64,000 nt of DNA from an uncultured Lachnospiraceae bacterium (GCA_946623875.1 CAMORO010000004.1:2997-66996); one strand, 5' to 3'; positions 37,583 to 47,535 are shown, numbered from the stretch's first letter. Made by a program: numbers and translations. Notes: a model not told the origin generated them from the letters alone.

Positions 37583-38995
37583 TTGCCGGGGATTTACAGA
37601 GGGATGAAGAGGATTATAAGGTCAGCTTTGGCTGTGCTATTTTTTTTGTTTATATTCAGGCCGCAGTATGTTACGGCATCTGACAGGGTAGTTGTTGTCA
37701 TAGATCCGGGGCATGGCGGCTACAGTGAGGATGCATCTGCGTACGGAGCGGTATATAAGGATGATCTGTGCGAGAAGGATGTAAACCTTGAGACTGCGTT
37801 TGCGCTGAGGGATGAGCTCCAAAGATACAACAATGTTGAAGTATACCTTACAAGGGAGGATGACCGGCGGCTCAGCCTTGAGGAAAGGGTTGACTTTGCA
37901 CTGAGCGTGGGTGCCGACGTTCTTGTGAGCTGTCATTACAATGCATCGGAAACGCATCTGTTCTACGGCTCCGAGATATTTACAAGCGCCTTTGGTTATT
38001 GTTATTCCTACGGAAACGGTCTGGCACAGTGTATAATGGAGCAGTGGACAAATGACGGACAGGCTTCCAAGGGAATTAAGACAAGGATAGGAAGTACGGG
38101 TGAGGACTACTACGGCATCATCAGGCACGGATGTGAGGTTTCTTTGCCTGTGATCATCATAGAACACGGGTATCTGGACAATCATGTGGATTACGAGCGG
38201 CTGGGAACGGCCGGGGACTGGGAGCGTATGGGCAGGCTGGATGCTACAGGAATTGCCAATTATTACGGCCTTAGTAAGGAACAGGTATATGACGAGGTAT
38301 TTCCTATAGTGGATGTTCCCATTCCCGATCATGTGGTCGAACCTGATACGACACCGCCGGGATACGTGTATCTTAGGATTATCGATCAGAATATCGAGAC
38401 AAGTGAAGTGGTATATGAGCTGAGTGCCAAAGAGAGTAACGGCAGGCTCATGTATTACGGTCTTTGTCTTGGCGAGCCGGAGGAGACGGTACCTGAGGAT
38501 TACGGCGATCTTATGCTGTGGGAAGAGGGGAAGTCCGTTATTACGGGTACTTACAGTGTCCCGACAGGATATCGTGGGAAGATCACCGCAAGGGTATACA
38601 ATAATTATGAACTGTATTCGGACAGTGCTCCGCAGGAGCTTGATTTTGCCACTCTGCTTGAAGAAAGGGCACAGCTTCTTGAGCAGGCTGCAAAGGAAGC
38701 GGCTGCCAAGGCGGAAGAGAGGAGACAGTCGCTGTTAAAGCGTGAGGAGGAAGCAAAGCTTGAGGCAGAACGTAAGAAGGAGAGGGAAGAGGTGGGCGAT
38801 TTCTTCTTCTTTGTCGGCGGAGAAAAAAAGGGTGATCAGGTTGATCCCGTCAAGGCCAGGCGGTCACTGTATATTGAAATAGTGGCGTTGGTCGTTCTGA
38901 TCGCCGTTCTTGTTTGTATCATTATCATAAAACACAGAAAAGAAATAATGAAGACCATCAGAAACATAGAGGGAAACGACTGGGATCGATATTAA
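37583..38995 (+). CDS. N-acetylmuramoyl-L-alanine amidase (Amidase_3) with C-terminal coiled coil and TM anchor
   Basis: Signal peptide, VVVIDPGHGG, and LVSCHYNA/IIIEHGYLDN motifs. Lys/Glu-rich helix (EERAQLLEQAAKEAAAKAEERRQ...) and a C-terminal TM (IVALVVLIAVLVCIIII). ATG 37604 is an alternative start. Confidence 0.85.
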   Translation: MPGIYRGMKRIIRSALAVLFFLFIFRPQYVTASDRVVVVIDPGHGGYSEDASAYGAVYKDDLCEKDVNLETAFALRDELQRYNNVEVYLTREDDRRLSLEERVDFALSVGADVLVSCHYNASETHLFYGSEIFTSAFGYCYSYGNGLAQCIMEQWTNDGQASKGIKTRIGSTGEDYYGIIRHGCEVSLPVIIIEHGYLDNHVDYERLGTAGDWERMGRLDATGIANYYGLSKEQVYDEVFPIVDVPIPDHVVEPDTTPPGYVYLRIIDQNIETSEVVYELSAKESNGRLMYYGLCLGEPEETVPEDYGDLMLWEEGKSVITGTYSVPTGYRGKITARVYNNYELYSDSAPQELDFATLLEERAQLLEQAAKEAAAKAEERRQSLLKREEEAKLEAERKKEREEVGDFFFFVGGEKKGDQVDPVKARRSLYIEIVALVVLIAVLVCIIIIKHRKEIMKTIRNIEGNDWDRY

Positions 38996-39035
38996 ACAGA
39001 GCAATTAATAACAGAAAGAGATGGGAGGGACTGTC

Positions 39036-40637
39036 ATGAAGCTTACTTTTGTAGGAGCTGATCACGAGGTTACCGGTAGCTGTCATTATATTGAGAACGG
39101 CGGAAAGCATATGCTGGTCGACTATGGAATGGAGCAGGGGGTAAATCTGTATGAGAATGTTGAAATTCCCGTAGATGCCGCCATGATAGATTACGTATTT
39201 CTGACCCATGCCCATATCGATCACTCCGGACTGCTCCCCCTTCTGTATTCGAAGGGTTTCAGAGGACAGATATATGCAACGGAAGCGACCTGCGACCTTT
39301 GTAACATAATGCTGCGTGACAGTGCTCATATACAGATGTTTGAAGCCGAATGGCATAACAGGAAGGCGAAAAGAAGCAGGGATATTGAGGAATATGTTCC
39401 TCTTTACAATATGCAGGATGCGGACGGCGCGATCAAATGTCTGGTACCGTGTAAGTACGGCTCGATGATAAAGGTTAATGACGACATAAGTATAAGATTT
39501 ACCGATGTGGGACATCTTCTGGGGTCGGCGGCCATCGAGGTATGGCTTAGGGAAGGAGATGTGAGCAAAAAGATCGTATTTTCGGGTGATGTCGGAAATA
39601 CAGATCAGCCGCTTATCAAAGATCCCGGAACCGTAGAAGAAGCCGATTATGTGGTAATAGAGTCAACATACGGCGACAGGCTGCATGAGAGAAGCCGGCT
39701 GGATTATCCGACGGAGCTTGCAAAGGTGCTTAAGACAACCTTCGATAAGGGCGGAAACGTGGTCATCCCCTCCTTTGCAGTCGGACGAACACAGGAGATG
39801 CTTTACTTTTTGAGGCATATCAAAGAGGAAAAGCTTGTAGAAGGCTACGAGGATTTTGAGGTATACATGGACAGCCCGCTGGCTGTTGAAGCAACGGGAG
39901 TCTTCAATAAGAATATTTACGACTGTTTCGACGAGGAAGCCATGGCCCTTGTAAACAGGGGAATAAATCCGATATCCTTCCCCGGACTCAATCTTTCGAT
40001 AACAAGCGAGGAGAGTAAATCCATCAACTTTGATGACAGACCCAAGGTCATACTTTCGGCTTCCGGAATGTGTGAGGCCGGACGTATCAGGCATCATCTC
40101 AAACACAATCTGTGGAGGCCCGAGTGTACCATACTGTTTGTGGGATATCAGGCTGTGGGAACGCTTGGAAGGAGTATCGTTGACGGCGTTAAGGAGGTCA
40201 GGCTGTTCGGCGAGACTGTTGAGGTAAGAGCGCAGATAGTACAGATGAAGGGACTGTCGGGACATGCCGACAAGGCCGGACTGACTGCCTGGATGAGAGG
40301 TTTTTTGAATAATCCCGACAAGGTATTTGTGGTTCACGGTCAGGATCAGGTATGTGATGATTTCGCGCAATATTTAAAAGAGGAATATGCATTTGATGCA
40401 TATGCACCCTATTCGGGTACCTGTTTCGACCTTGCCTCGGGTACTTTTGTTGAGGAAACATCAGGCACTAAGGTGGTTCCGAAGAAGAAACGTCAGATAT
40501 CATCAGTATTTGAACGTCTTATTGCAGCGGGACAGAGGCTGCTTACCGTTATTCAGCATAATGAAGGCGGTGCGAACAAGGATCTTGCAAAGTTCGCAGA
40601 TCAGATCAATTCATTGTGCGACAAGTGGGACCGTTAA
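39036..40637 (+). CDS. MBL-fold beta-CASP family hydrolase (RNA-metabolising nuclease type)
   Basis: HAHIDHSG motif 2, ESTYGDR, and beta-CASP/RMMBL-like motifs (SGHAD). ATG 39036 follows GGGAGGG. Confidence 0.8.
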   Translation: MKLTFVGADHEVTGSCHYIENGGKHMLVDYGMEQGVNLYENVEIPVDAAMIDYVFLTHAHIDHSGLLPLLYSKGFRGQIYATEATCDLCNIMLRDSAHIQMFEAEWHNRKAKRSRDIEEYVPLYNMQDADGAIKCLVPCKYGSMIKVNDDISIRFTDVGHLLGSAAIEVWLREGDVSKKIVFSGDVGNTDQPLIKDPGTVEEADYVVIESTYGDRLHERSRLDYPTELAKVLKTTFDKGGNVVIPSFAVGRTQEMLYFLRHIKEEKLVEGYEDFEVYMDSPLAVEATGVFNKNIYDCFDEEAMALVNRGINPISFPGLNLSITSEESKSINFDDRPKVILSASGMCEAGRIRHHLKHNLWRPECTILFVGYQAVGTLGRSIVDGVKEVRLFGETVEVRAQIVQMKGLSGHADKAGLTAWMRGFLNNPDKVFVVHGQDQVCDDFAQYLKEEYAFDAYAPYSGTCFDLASGTFVEETSGTKVVPKKKRQISSVFERLIAAGQRLLTVIQHNEGGANKDLAKFADQINSLCDKWDR

Positions 40638-40674
40638 AACATGATAAACAGTAAAAAACAAAGGTGGAAATAAT

Positions 40675-41520
40675 ATGAGCTACGCTGATAAAGTGTTTAT
40701 AGACATGTGCAGGGACATTATTGAGAACGGCTGCAGTACGGAAGGAGAGAAGGTAAGACCCAGGTGGGAGGACGGATCCTTTGCCTATACCATCAAGAGG
40801 TTCGGAGTTGTCAACAGATATGACCTTCGCAGGGAGTTCCCGGTCATAACTCTTCGTAAAACAGCGATAAAGAGTGCAACGGACGAGGTTCTGTGGATCT
40901 GGCAGAAAAAGTCAAACAGGGTCAGTGAACTCAGTTCCCACATATGGGATGCGTGGGCTGATGAGGATGGTACGATCGGCAAGGCTTACGGTTACCAGCT
41001 TGGCGTTAAGCATGAATATAAAGAAGGAATGATGGATCAGGTCGACAGGGTAATATATGATCTTAAGAACAATCCCTTCAGCAGGAGGATAATGACCAAT
41101 ATATATGTACATCAGGATCTCCATGAAATGAGGCTTTATCCGTGCGCATACAGTATGACCTTTAATGTGACGCAGGAAAAGGGAGAGGACCGGCTTACTC
41201 TTAATGCCATTCTTAACCAGAGGTCACAGGATGTGCTCACGGCGAACAACTGGAATGTGGCTCAGTACGCAGTACTTGTTCATATGATGGCTCAGGTGTG
41301 TGATATGAATGTGGGAGAGCTTGTTCATGTGATAGCGGATGCTCATATATATGACAGGCATATAGAACTTGTAAAGGAGCTGATAGAACGTCCCGTATAT
41401 GATGCTCCCAAATTCTGGCTCAATCCTGAAATAAAGGATTTCTACAAATTTACGAAGGATGATGTGAGGCTGGATGACTACAGGTACGGAGAACAGATAA
41501 CGATACCGGTTGCGGTATAA
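40675..41520 (+). CDS. thyA: Thymidylate synthase
   Basis: ThyA-length protein with RRIMTN, the active-site Cys in LYPCAYSMTFNV, and QRSQDV. Confidence 0.92.
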   Translation: MSYADKVFIDMCRDIIENGCSTEGEKVRPRWEDGSFAYTIKRFGVVNRYDLRREFPVITLRKTAIKSATDEVLWIWQKKSNRVSELSSHIWDAWADEDGTIGKAYGYQLGVKHEYKEGMMDQVDRVIYDLKNNPFSRRIMTNIYVHQDLHEMRLYPCAYSMTFNVTQEKGEDRLTLNAILNQRSQDVLTANNWNVAQYAVLVHMMAQVCDMNVGELVHVIADAHIYDRHIELVKELIERPVYDAPKFWLNPEIKDFYKFTKDDVRLDDYRYGEQITIPVAV

Positions 41521-41537
41521 GATGCTAAAAGACATAT

Positions 41538-41569
41538 AAAAGCCTCTTCGGGTTTCCGAAGAGGCTTTT
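41538..41569. terminator. Bidirectional terminator between thyA(+) and the GGDEF gene(-)
   Basis: A perfect 14-bp stem, aaaagcctcttcgg / ccgaagaggctttt, with a 4-nt loop. A/T runs on both sides give a U tract in either orientation. Confidence 0.8.
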
Positions 41570-41584
41570 ATAATGCATCGGTGA

Positions 41585-42670
41585 TCAGTAAATGATCCTG
41601 TTTCTTCCTTCCGCTTTACCCTGATAGAGCTTGGAGTCCGCATGCTCTATGGTCTTCTGGATGCCGATGCTGTCATCGAATTCCTCGAGACCGAAGGTCA
41701 TTGTTACGTAGAAGGTGAAATCCTTGAATTTGAAGGTTGTTTTCTCTATCTGGTATTTAAGCTTGCTGAGCTGTTCATAAGCATAATCGCCGTTGTTGTT
41801 CTCGAAGGCGAACAGGAATTCCTCGCCGCCCCATCTTGCTATCCGTCCTTTGTCCTTCATGAAGTCATTGAACATCTTGCCCAGCTCGACGAGAACATAA
41901 TCTCCGGCATCATGGCCGTATGTATCATTGATCCGTTTGAAGAAGTCGATATCACTGAGTGCGAGAGCAAGTGTTCCTTCGCTGTTGCTGTCCTTGATAT
42001 AGCGGTCAAGATGATCCATCATGCCTCGCCTGTTGGTCAACTGTGTAAGCGGATCCATGGTTGCAAGCTTCTCGAGCTTCTTGGCGTATTTAACGATCTT
42101 GTGCTCGCTGGATGCGAACTTAAGATAGTAGAAGTTCGCGATGGTAACGAAGGTAACAGACAGATACAGCGTATCGGTAAGCACGATGCTTATGTCCTGT
42201 GAGTGGCTGAATTCAACAACCTTATCGGCGATCGTGAGATATACCCATATGCCTACTATTGCAACCGATATAATAAAGGAAACAACATATTTGATGGCGG
42301 GGCTGTCATCCGTCTTATAACAGAAAAGCAGTATAAGGGAATAAAGAGAAAACTGGAAGCCCGCCGTAGGACCAAGGGCAAACGAATACGCTATCATGGT
42401 AAACAGCATTGCCGCCGAGTATACAAATACGGTTCCCGAAGCATTGCTCCAATACGTCATCCACAGAATGAGCAGATAAGTAATGCTGAAAGCTATCGAC
42501 CAACGGTACAGGGCCGAATGCAATGATGTAGCAAAGAATAATGTCAGTATAAAATTAAAGAAAAAGTTAACAAGGCAGAGCATACGAATAAGTACCGAGA
42601 GATCACTTAACTGGTTCTCACCCGCCACGTCCTTGAACAGTAATTCTTTTACTTTGTGAAATACGGCCAT
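41585..42670 (-). CDS. Membrane-bound diguanylate cyclase (GGDEF domain, GGEEF active site)
   Basis: About 6 N-terminal TM segments, then DPLTQLTNRRG ... RWGGEEFLF. No RxxD I-site seen just upstream of GGEEF. Confidence 0.88.
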   Translation of the reverse strand: MAVFHKVKELLFKDVAGENQLSDLSVLIRMLCLVNFFFNFILTLFFATSLHSALYRWSIAFSITYLLILWMTYWSNASGTVFVYSAAMLFTMIAYSFALGPTAGFQFSLYSLILLFCYKTDDSPAIKYVVSFIISVAIVGIWVYLTIADKVVEFSHSQDISIVLTDTLYLSVTFVTIANFYYLKFASSEHKIVKYAKKLEKLATMDPLTQLTNRRGMMDHLDRYIKDSNSEGTLALALSDIDFFKRINDTYGHDAGDYVLVELGKMFNDFMKDKGRIARWGGEEFLFAFENNNGDYAYEQLSKLKYQIEKTTFKFKDFTFYVTMTFGLEEFDDSIGIQKTIEHADSKLYQGKAEGRNRIIY

Positions 42671-42957
42671 GATCTTACCTTCCGGTCTGCATAATCGTGG
42701 ATATACATATAAATTCTCTATGCTTTACCCACTGTCGTGTCACATGATGGCATTAAAATCACACAATACACAATTTAGTATAACACAGGTGTAACCTCAT
42801 GTAAATGAAAACTGTCCTCTTTTTATTGCATAAAAAACAAATATCGTATATATTATTCTAATGGAAATACCTAAAAGGTAGTGAGAAGTGGATTATGAAA
42901 ACATAAATCTTCATAAGTGATCCGCAACCTTATGACAAATCAAAGGAGATGAGTGAT

Positions 42958-43989
42958 ATGGATAAGAAAAATATCGATTGGGCAAATATAGGATTTGGTT
43001 ATATGCCCACAGATGTAAGGTATGTTTCCAATTTCAAGGACGGAGCCTGGGATGACGGTGTCATGACAAGTGACAATACCGTTACCATCAGTGAATGTGC
43101 CGGTGTGCTTCAATACGCCCAGACCTGTTTCGAAGGACTTAAAGCCTATACTACAAAGGACGGAAAGATAGTCACCTTCAGGCCGGATCTCAATGCGGAG
43201 CGTATGATCGATACCTGTAAAAGGCTTAAAATGCCTGTTTTTCCAAAGGAAAGATTCCTTGAGGCTGTCGATAAGGTAGTGGCAGGCAATGCAGCGTATG
43301 TACCTCCGTACGGATCGGGAGCGACTCTGTATCTGAGGCCTTATATGTTTGCCAGTTCATCGGTAATAGGAGTTAAACCGGCGGAAGAGTATCAGTTCAG
43401 GCTGTTCGGCACACCTGTTGGTCCTTATTTTAAAGGCGGAGCCAAACCAATTTCAATAAGGGTGTGTGATTATGACCGCGCCGCACCCCACGGAACAGGA
43501 CATATCAAGGCCGGACTTAACTATGCAATGAGCCTTTATGCCATCGTTGAAGCTCACGAGGAGGGCTTTGATGAGAATATGTATCTTGATGCGGCAACAA
43601 GGACCAGGGTTGAGGAGACCGGAGGCGCGAACTTTATGTTTATCACAAAGGACGGCAAGTTCGTAACGCCTAAGTCAAACAGCATACTTCCATCCATAAC
43701 CAGACGTTCGCTCATGGTTGTCGCAAAGGATTATCTCGGACTTGAGGTTGAGGAGCGCGAAGTATACTTTGACGAGGTAAAGGATTTTGCAGAGTGCGGA
43801 TTGTGCGGTACCGCAGCAGTCATCTCGCCGGTAGGCAGGATAAACGATCACGGCAAGGATATATGCTTCCCTTCGGGAATGGATGAAATGGGGCCTGTTA
43901 CCCGTAAGCTTTATGATACACTTACCGGAATCCAGATGGGAACGGTAGATGCACCCGAGGGCTGGATCAGAGAGATAAAGGTTTCATAA
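42958..43989 (+). CDS. ilvE: Branched-chain amino acid aminotransferase (class IV)
   Basis: The IlvE type-II pattern (FEGLKAY, RPDLNAERM, EETGGANFMFI, GTAAVISPV). ATG 42958 is better spaced from AAAGGAG than the listed 42949. Confidence 0.88.
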   Translation: MDKKNIDWANIGFGYMPTDVRYVSNFKDGAWDDGVMTSDNTVTISECAGVLQYAQTCFEGLKAYTTKDGKIVTFRPDLNAERMIDTCKRLKMPVFPKERFLEAVDKVVAGNAAYVPPYGSGATLYLRPYMFASSSVIGVKPAEEYQFRLFGTPVGPYFKGGAKPISIRVCDYDRAAPHGTGHIKAGLNYAMSLYAIVEAHEEGFDENMYLDAATRTRVEETGGANFMFITKDGKFVTPKSNSILPSITRRSLMVVAKDYLGLEVEEREVYFDEVKDFAECGLCGTAAVISPVGRINDHGKDICFPSGMDEMGPVTRKLYDTLTGIQMGTVDAPEGWIREIKVS

Positions 43990-44015
43990 ATAAATAAACT
44001 GGAGATTTGTTTTTG

Positions 44016-45764
44016 ATGGATGATAAGAATAGAGTCATGATGCTTGGCAATGAGGCTATTGCCCGCGGAGCATATGAGGCCGGAGTGAAGGTTTCGGCAG
44101 CATATCCCGGAACACCAAGCACCGAGATAAGTGAAAATATAGTTAAATATAAGGATGAGCTGTATTGTGAATGGTCTCCCAATGAGAAGGTGGCGACCGA
44201 GGTGGCGATAGGAGCTTCCATGGCAGGAGTCCGTTCGCTTGTATCAATGAAGCATGTCGGGGTAAATGTGGCGGCAGATCCGCTGTATACTGTTTCTTAC
44301 ACGGGTATATCCGGCGGAATGGTGCTTGTAGCGGCAGACGATCCCGGAATGTACAGCTCGCAGAATGAACAGGATACAAGGATGGTAGCGCGTGCTGCTC
44401 AGGTACCTGTGATCGAACCCTCCGATTCGCAGGAGGCAAAGGATTTCATTAAGTTCGCTTATGATCTGAGTGAAAAGTATGATACACCGGTGATCTTAAG
44501 GACCACAACAAGGCTGTCACATTCGCAGGGTCTGGTTACCCTCGGGGACAGGCTTAATATAGAAGATAAACCGTACGAAAGAAATATAGCAAAGTACGTA
44601 ATGATGCCCGGCAATGCCAAACTCCGTCATCTGGTCGTAGAGGAGAGGGAGAAAAGGCTTATAGAGGATTCGTGTGATTTCCCCATAAACAGGGTTGAAA
44701 TGAACGATACATCCATAGGCTTTATAACGAGCGGAATACCTTATACGTATGTTAAGGAAGTCCTTCCCAATGCCTCTGTGCTTAAGCTGGGGCTGGTCAA
44801 TCCCCTTCCGCGCAAGCTGATCGAGGATTTTGCGTCCAAAGTGGATACTCTGTATATTTTTGAAGAGCTGGATCCTCTTATTGAGACACAGGTGAGGTCG
44901 TGGGGCATTAAGGCGATCGGTAAGGAGATATTTACGATACAGGGCGAGTACAGCGCCAATATGTTAAGGAAGGCAGTACTGCATGAGGATATTAAGATCA
45001 AGGAAGCTGCTGCTGTTCCCGGACGTCCGCCCATCCTCTGCCCGGGCTGCCCCCACAGGAGTGCTTTTACGGTGCTTAACAAGCTCAAGATACATGCGGC
45101 GGGTGATATAGGATGCTATACGCTCGGAGCGGTTCCGCCTCTTGGTGTTGTTGACACCACCATTTGCATGGGATCGAGTATTTCCACCCTGCATGGTATG
45201 GAAAAGGCGAAGGGTAAGGATTATATCAAGAACTGGGTTGCGGTTATAGGGGATTCCACCTTTATGCATACCGGTGTCAATTCGCTTATCAACATGGTAT
45301 ATAATCAGGGTACCGGAACAGTTATGATCCTCGACAATTCCACAACCGGAATGACCGGACATCAGGATCATGCGGCAACGGGAAAGACACTTCAGGGTGA
45401 AGAGGTTCCCGCTGTAAGCATTCCGAAGCTGTGTGAGGCTATCGGGGTCAGGAATGTATATGAAATCAACGTGTTTGATACGGAGGGCCTTGAGAAGCTC
45501 ATAAAGCAGGAGCTTGCCAGGGATGAAGTGTCTGTCATCATAACAAAGACGCCGTGTGTACTGCTTAACAGGACACCGGTTACGCATACCTGTCAGGTGG
45601 ATGCGGATGCATGTAAGAAATGCGGAATGTGCATGAAACCGGGATGCCCGGCAGTTACGAAGCTTGACAGCGGTGTTACAAGGATAGATACGACGATGTG
45701 CAACGGATGCGGTCTTTGTAAGTCGCAGTGTAAATTCGGTGCGATAAAGGATGTTCCCTGCTGA
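44016..45764 (+). CDS. iorA: Indolepyruvate:ferredoxin oxidoreductase alpha subunit
   Basis: N-terminus GNEAIARGAYEAGV, a TPP-binding region (GDSTFMHTG), and a C-terminal 2x[4Fe-4S] pair (CKKCGMCMKPGC, CNGCGLCKSQC). Confidence 0.88.
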   Translation: MDDKNRVMMLGNEAIARGAYEAGVKVSAAYPGTPSTEISENIVKYKDELYCEWSPNEKVATEVAIGASMAGVRSLVSMKHVGVNVAADPLYTVSYTGISGGMVLVAADDPGMYSSQNEQDTRMVARAAQVPVIEPSDSQEAKDFIKFAYDLSEKYDTPVILRTTTRLSHSQGLVTLGDRLNIEDKPYERNIAKYVMMPGNAKLRHLVVEEREKRLIEDSCDFPINRVEMNDTSIGFITSGIPYTYVKEVLPNASVLKLGLVNPLPRKLIEDFASKVDTLYIFEELDPLIETQVRSWGIKAIGKEIFTIQGEYSANMLRKAVLHEDIKIKEAAAVPGRPPILCPGCPHRSAFTVLNKLKIHAAGDIGCYTLGAVPPLGVVDTTICMGSSISTLHGMEKAKGKDYIKNWVAVIGDSTFMHTGVNSLINMVYNQGTGTVMILDNSTTGMTGHQDHAATGKTLQGEEVPAVSIPKLCEAIGVRNVYEINVFDTEGLEKLIKQELARDEVSVIITKTPCVLLNRTPVTHTCQVDADACKKCGMCMKPGCPAVTKLDSGVTRIDTTMCNGCGLCKSQCKFGAIKDVPC

Positions 45765-45842
45765 TGTCCATGGGATTATCTTTTGTGTAAGTGAATTCTT
45801 ACCACAGAAAGCATAAGTATAAATGATGTAGGAGATTAACAA

Positions 45843-46412
45843 GTGAAAACCAGGAATATAATGATAGTAGGTGTCGGCGGACAGGGAACACTCCTTACGA
45901 GCCGTATCCTTGGAGGGATCATGCTTGGCGCCGGTTTTGATGTCAAGATGTCGGAAGTTCACGGAATGGCTCAACGCGGAGGCTCTGTCGTGACTTATGT
46001 CAGATACGGAGAGAGTGTTGCCGAGCCCATCGTGGAAGAAGGGCAGGCTGACGTCCTTATCGCCTTTGAGCAGCTTGAGGCCAAAAGATATGCGCATTTC
46101 CTTAAAAAGGACGGAGTACTTATAGTAAATACACAGCGCATAGATCCGATGCCTGTAGTCATAGGGCAGGCCGAATATCCCGAAGGCATAGTTGAAAGTC
46201 TTAAGAAGGAATACAGGGTTATTGATGTTGATGCGATGAGTGAAGCGCTTAAGCTCGGCAATCCAAGGGTATTTAATGTCATAGTCCTCGGAGTTGCCGC
46301 AAAGCACATGGATTTTGATAAAGAACAGTGGTTTGATGTGATTGAAAAGACTGTCAAGCCCAAATTCGTTGATCTTAACAAGCGGGCTTTCGAGACAGGA
46401 TACAATCTCTGA
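45843..46412 (+). CDS. iorB: Indolepyruvate oxidoreductase beta subunit
   Basis: IVGVGGQGTLLTSRILG and HGMAQRGGSV. GTG start 7 nt after AGGAG. Confidence 0.85.
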   Translation: MKTRNIMIVGVGGQGTLLTSRILGGIMLGAGFDVKMSEVHGMAQRGGSVVTYVRYGESVAEPIVEEGQADVLIAFEQLEAKRYAHFLKKDGVLIVNTQRIDPMPVVIGQAEYPEGIVESLKKEYRVIDVDAMSEALKLGNPRVFNVIVLGVAAKHMDFDKEQWFDVIEKTVKPKFVDLNKRAFETGYNL

Positions 46413-47490
46413 TAACATTTATCAGACGGTCGTTCATTTCCGGTGACATGAAGCACAGCCGGAAAAACCTGTTGTCAAGGAAAGGGAAGGTGCAGCAGTT
46501 TCTTATCATCATTTTACTGCGTATGCAGACATCGAACAGTATGTCGGCATTTACGCTTTCGTCTTCTGTCTTGACCAATACGAAGTTGGCTGAGGGCTCA
46601 TATACCTTGAGCCCTTTTATATTGGAAAGAGCATCGGTCACACGGGCTCTTTCGGTGCTTATAAGCTCTTTTGTATGTGCAATGTAATCTTCATCGGTGA
46701 ACATCAGCTTGCCGGCCTCCTCGGCCAGTGAGTTGATCGTCCACGGATTCTGCCTAGAGTTGATCGCCTTGATAAGATCCTTGTTGCCCGTGATGCCGTA
46801 ACCGAGGCGCAGACCGGGTGCGGCGAAGAATTTGGAGATCCCGCGAAGGATAATGATGTTGTTGTAGTATCTGGTCAGGGGAATACAGTTAACTTCGTCA
46901 TAGTTACTGGTGAATTCGATATAGGTTTCGTCCACCATTACAAATATATCGTTCTGTTTGCAGACATCAAGGATATTTCTCATGGTCTGTCTGGTGATAC
47001 AGGTGGAAGTCGGGTTGTTCGGATTGCATAGGATAAGAAGATCGATGCTTTCATTAAGCTGTGTTTCGAGCTTATCGTAATCAAGAGCGAATCCATCCTT
47101 TTCTCTTAGCGGGAAATAAAGGGAAGTGCCGCCTCCGAGCGAAACCTCGCGTTCGTATTCGGAGTATGTAGGTCCGATTATCAGGGCTTTTTTCGGGTGC
47201 TCAAGCTGTATGAACAGGGAGATGAGTTCGGTTGAACCGTTTCCGACAACAATATGTTCGGGCTCAGTACCGCAGTATCCTGCAATAACTTTTCGAAGAC
47301 CGAGGTATTCTCTGTCCGGGTAGGCGGTTATCACATCAAGATGCTCTGCAAGTGTTTCCCTTAGCCTGGGCGACAGTCCGAGAGGATTTACATTTGCCGA
47401 GAAGCTTACGATTTCGTTTCTGTTTATTCCGTATACCTGTTCGATCTTTTCGAGATCGCTGCCGTGAAAATGGTCTGAATGCTGTATCAT
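46375..47490 (-). CDS. Class I/II PLP aminotransferase (HisC/CobD-like)
   Basis: NPNNPTS, the PLP-Lys context GISKFFAAPGLRLGYG, and YPD. The 3' end overlaps convergent iorB by 38 nt. Confidence 0.8.
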   Translation of the reverse strand: MIQHSDHFHGSDLEKIEQVYGINRNEIVSFSANVNPLGLSPRLRETLAEHLDVITAYPDREYLGLRKVIAGYCGTEPEHIVVGNGSTELISLFIQLEHPKKALIIGPTYSEYEREVSLGGGTSLYFPLREKDGFALDYDKLETQLNESIDLLILCNPNNPTSTCITRQTMRNILDVCKQNDIFVMVDETYIEFTSNYDEVNCIPLTRYYNNIIILRGISKFFAAPGLRLGYGITGNKDLIKAINSRQNPWTINSLAEEAGKLMFTDEDYIAHTKELISTERARVTDALSNIKGLKVYEPSANFVLVKTEDESVNADILFDVCIRSKMMIRNCCTFPFLDNRFFRLCFMSPEMNDRLINVIRDCILSRKPAC

Positions 47491-47526
47491 TTATGTTTAA
47501 TCTCCTTGTGTGATTTATATCGGGTA

Positions 47527-47535
47527 TGGTATACT
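47527..47535 (+). promoter_or_regulatory. Extended -10 (TGgTATACT) upstream of the 4-gene operon
   Basis: tggtatact read directly, about 27 nt upstream of GTG 47562. Confidence 0.35.

Noticed and set aside
42671-42957. T-box or CodY control region upstream of ilvE
   Set aside because: There is no T-box sequence (no ..GGUGGUACCGCG.. core), and I found only a weak resemblance to the CodY AATTTTCWGAAAATT motif. There is one hairpin (ggattatgaa..ttcataagtgatcc) of unclear meaning.
44964-46418. 484-aa ORF antisense to iorA, the iorA-iorB spacer and iorB
   Set aside because: Same reasoning as above. IorA and IorB have clear family motifs on the + strand, and the antisense translation has no recognisable motif and an implausible composition. 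Its length is striking but consistent with the codon-bias artefact.
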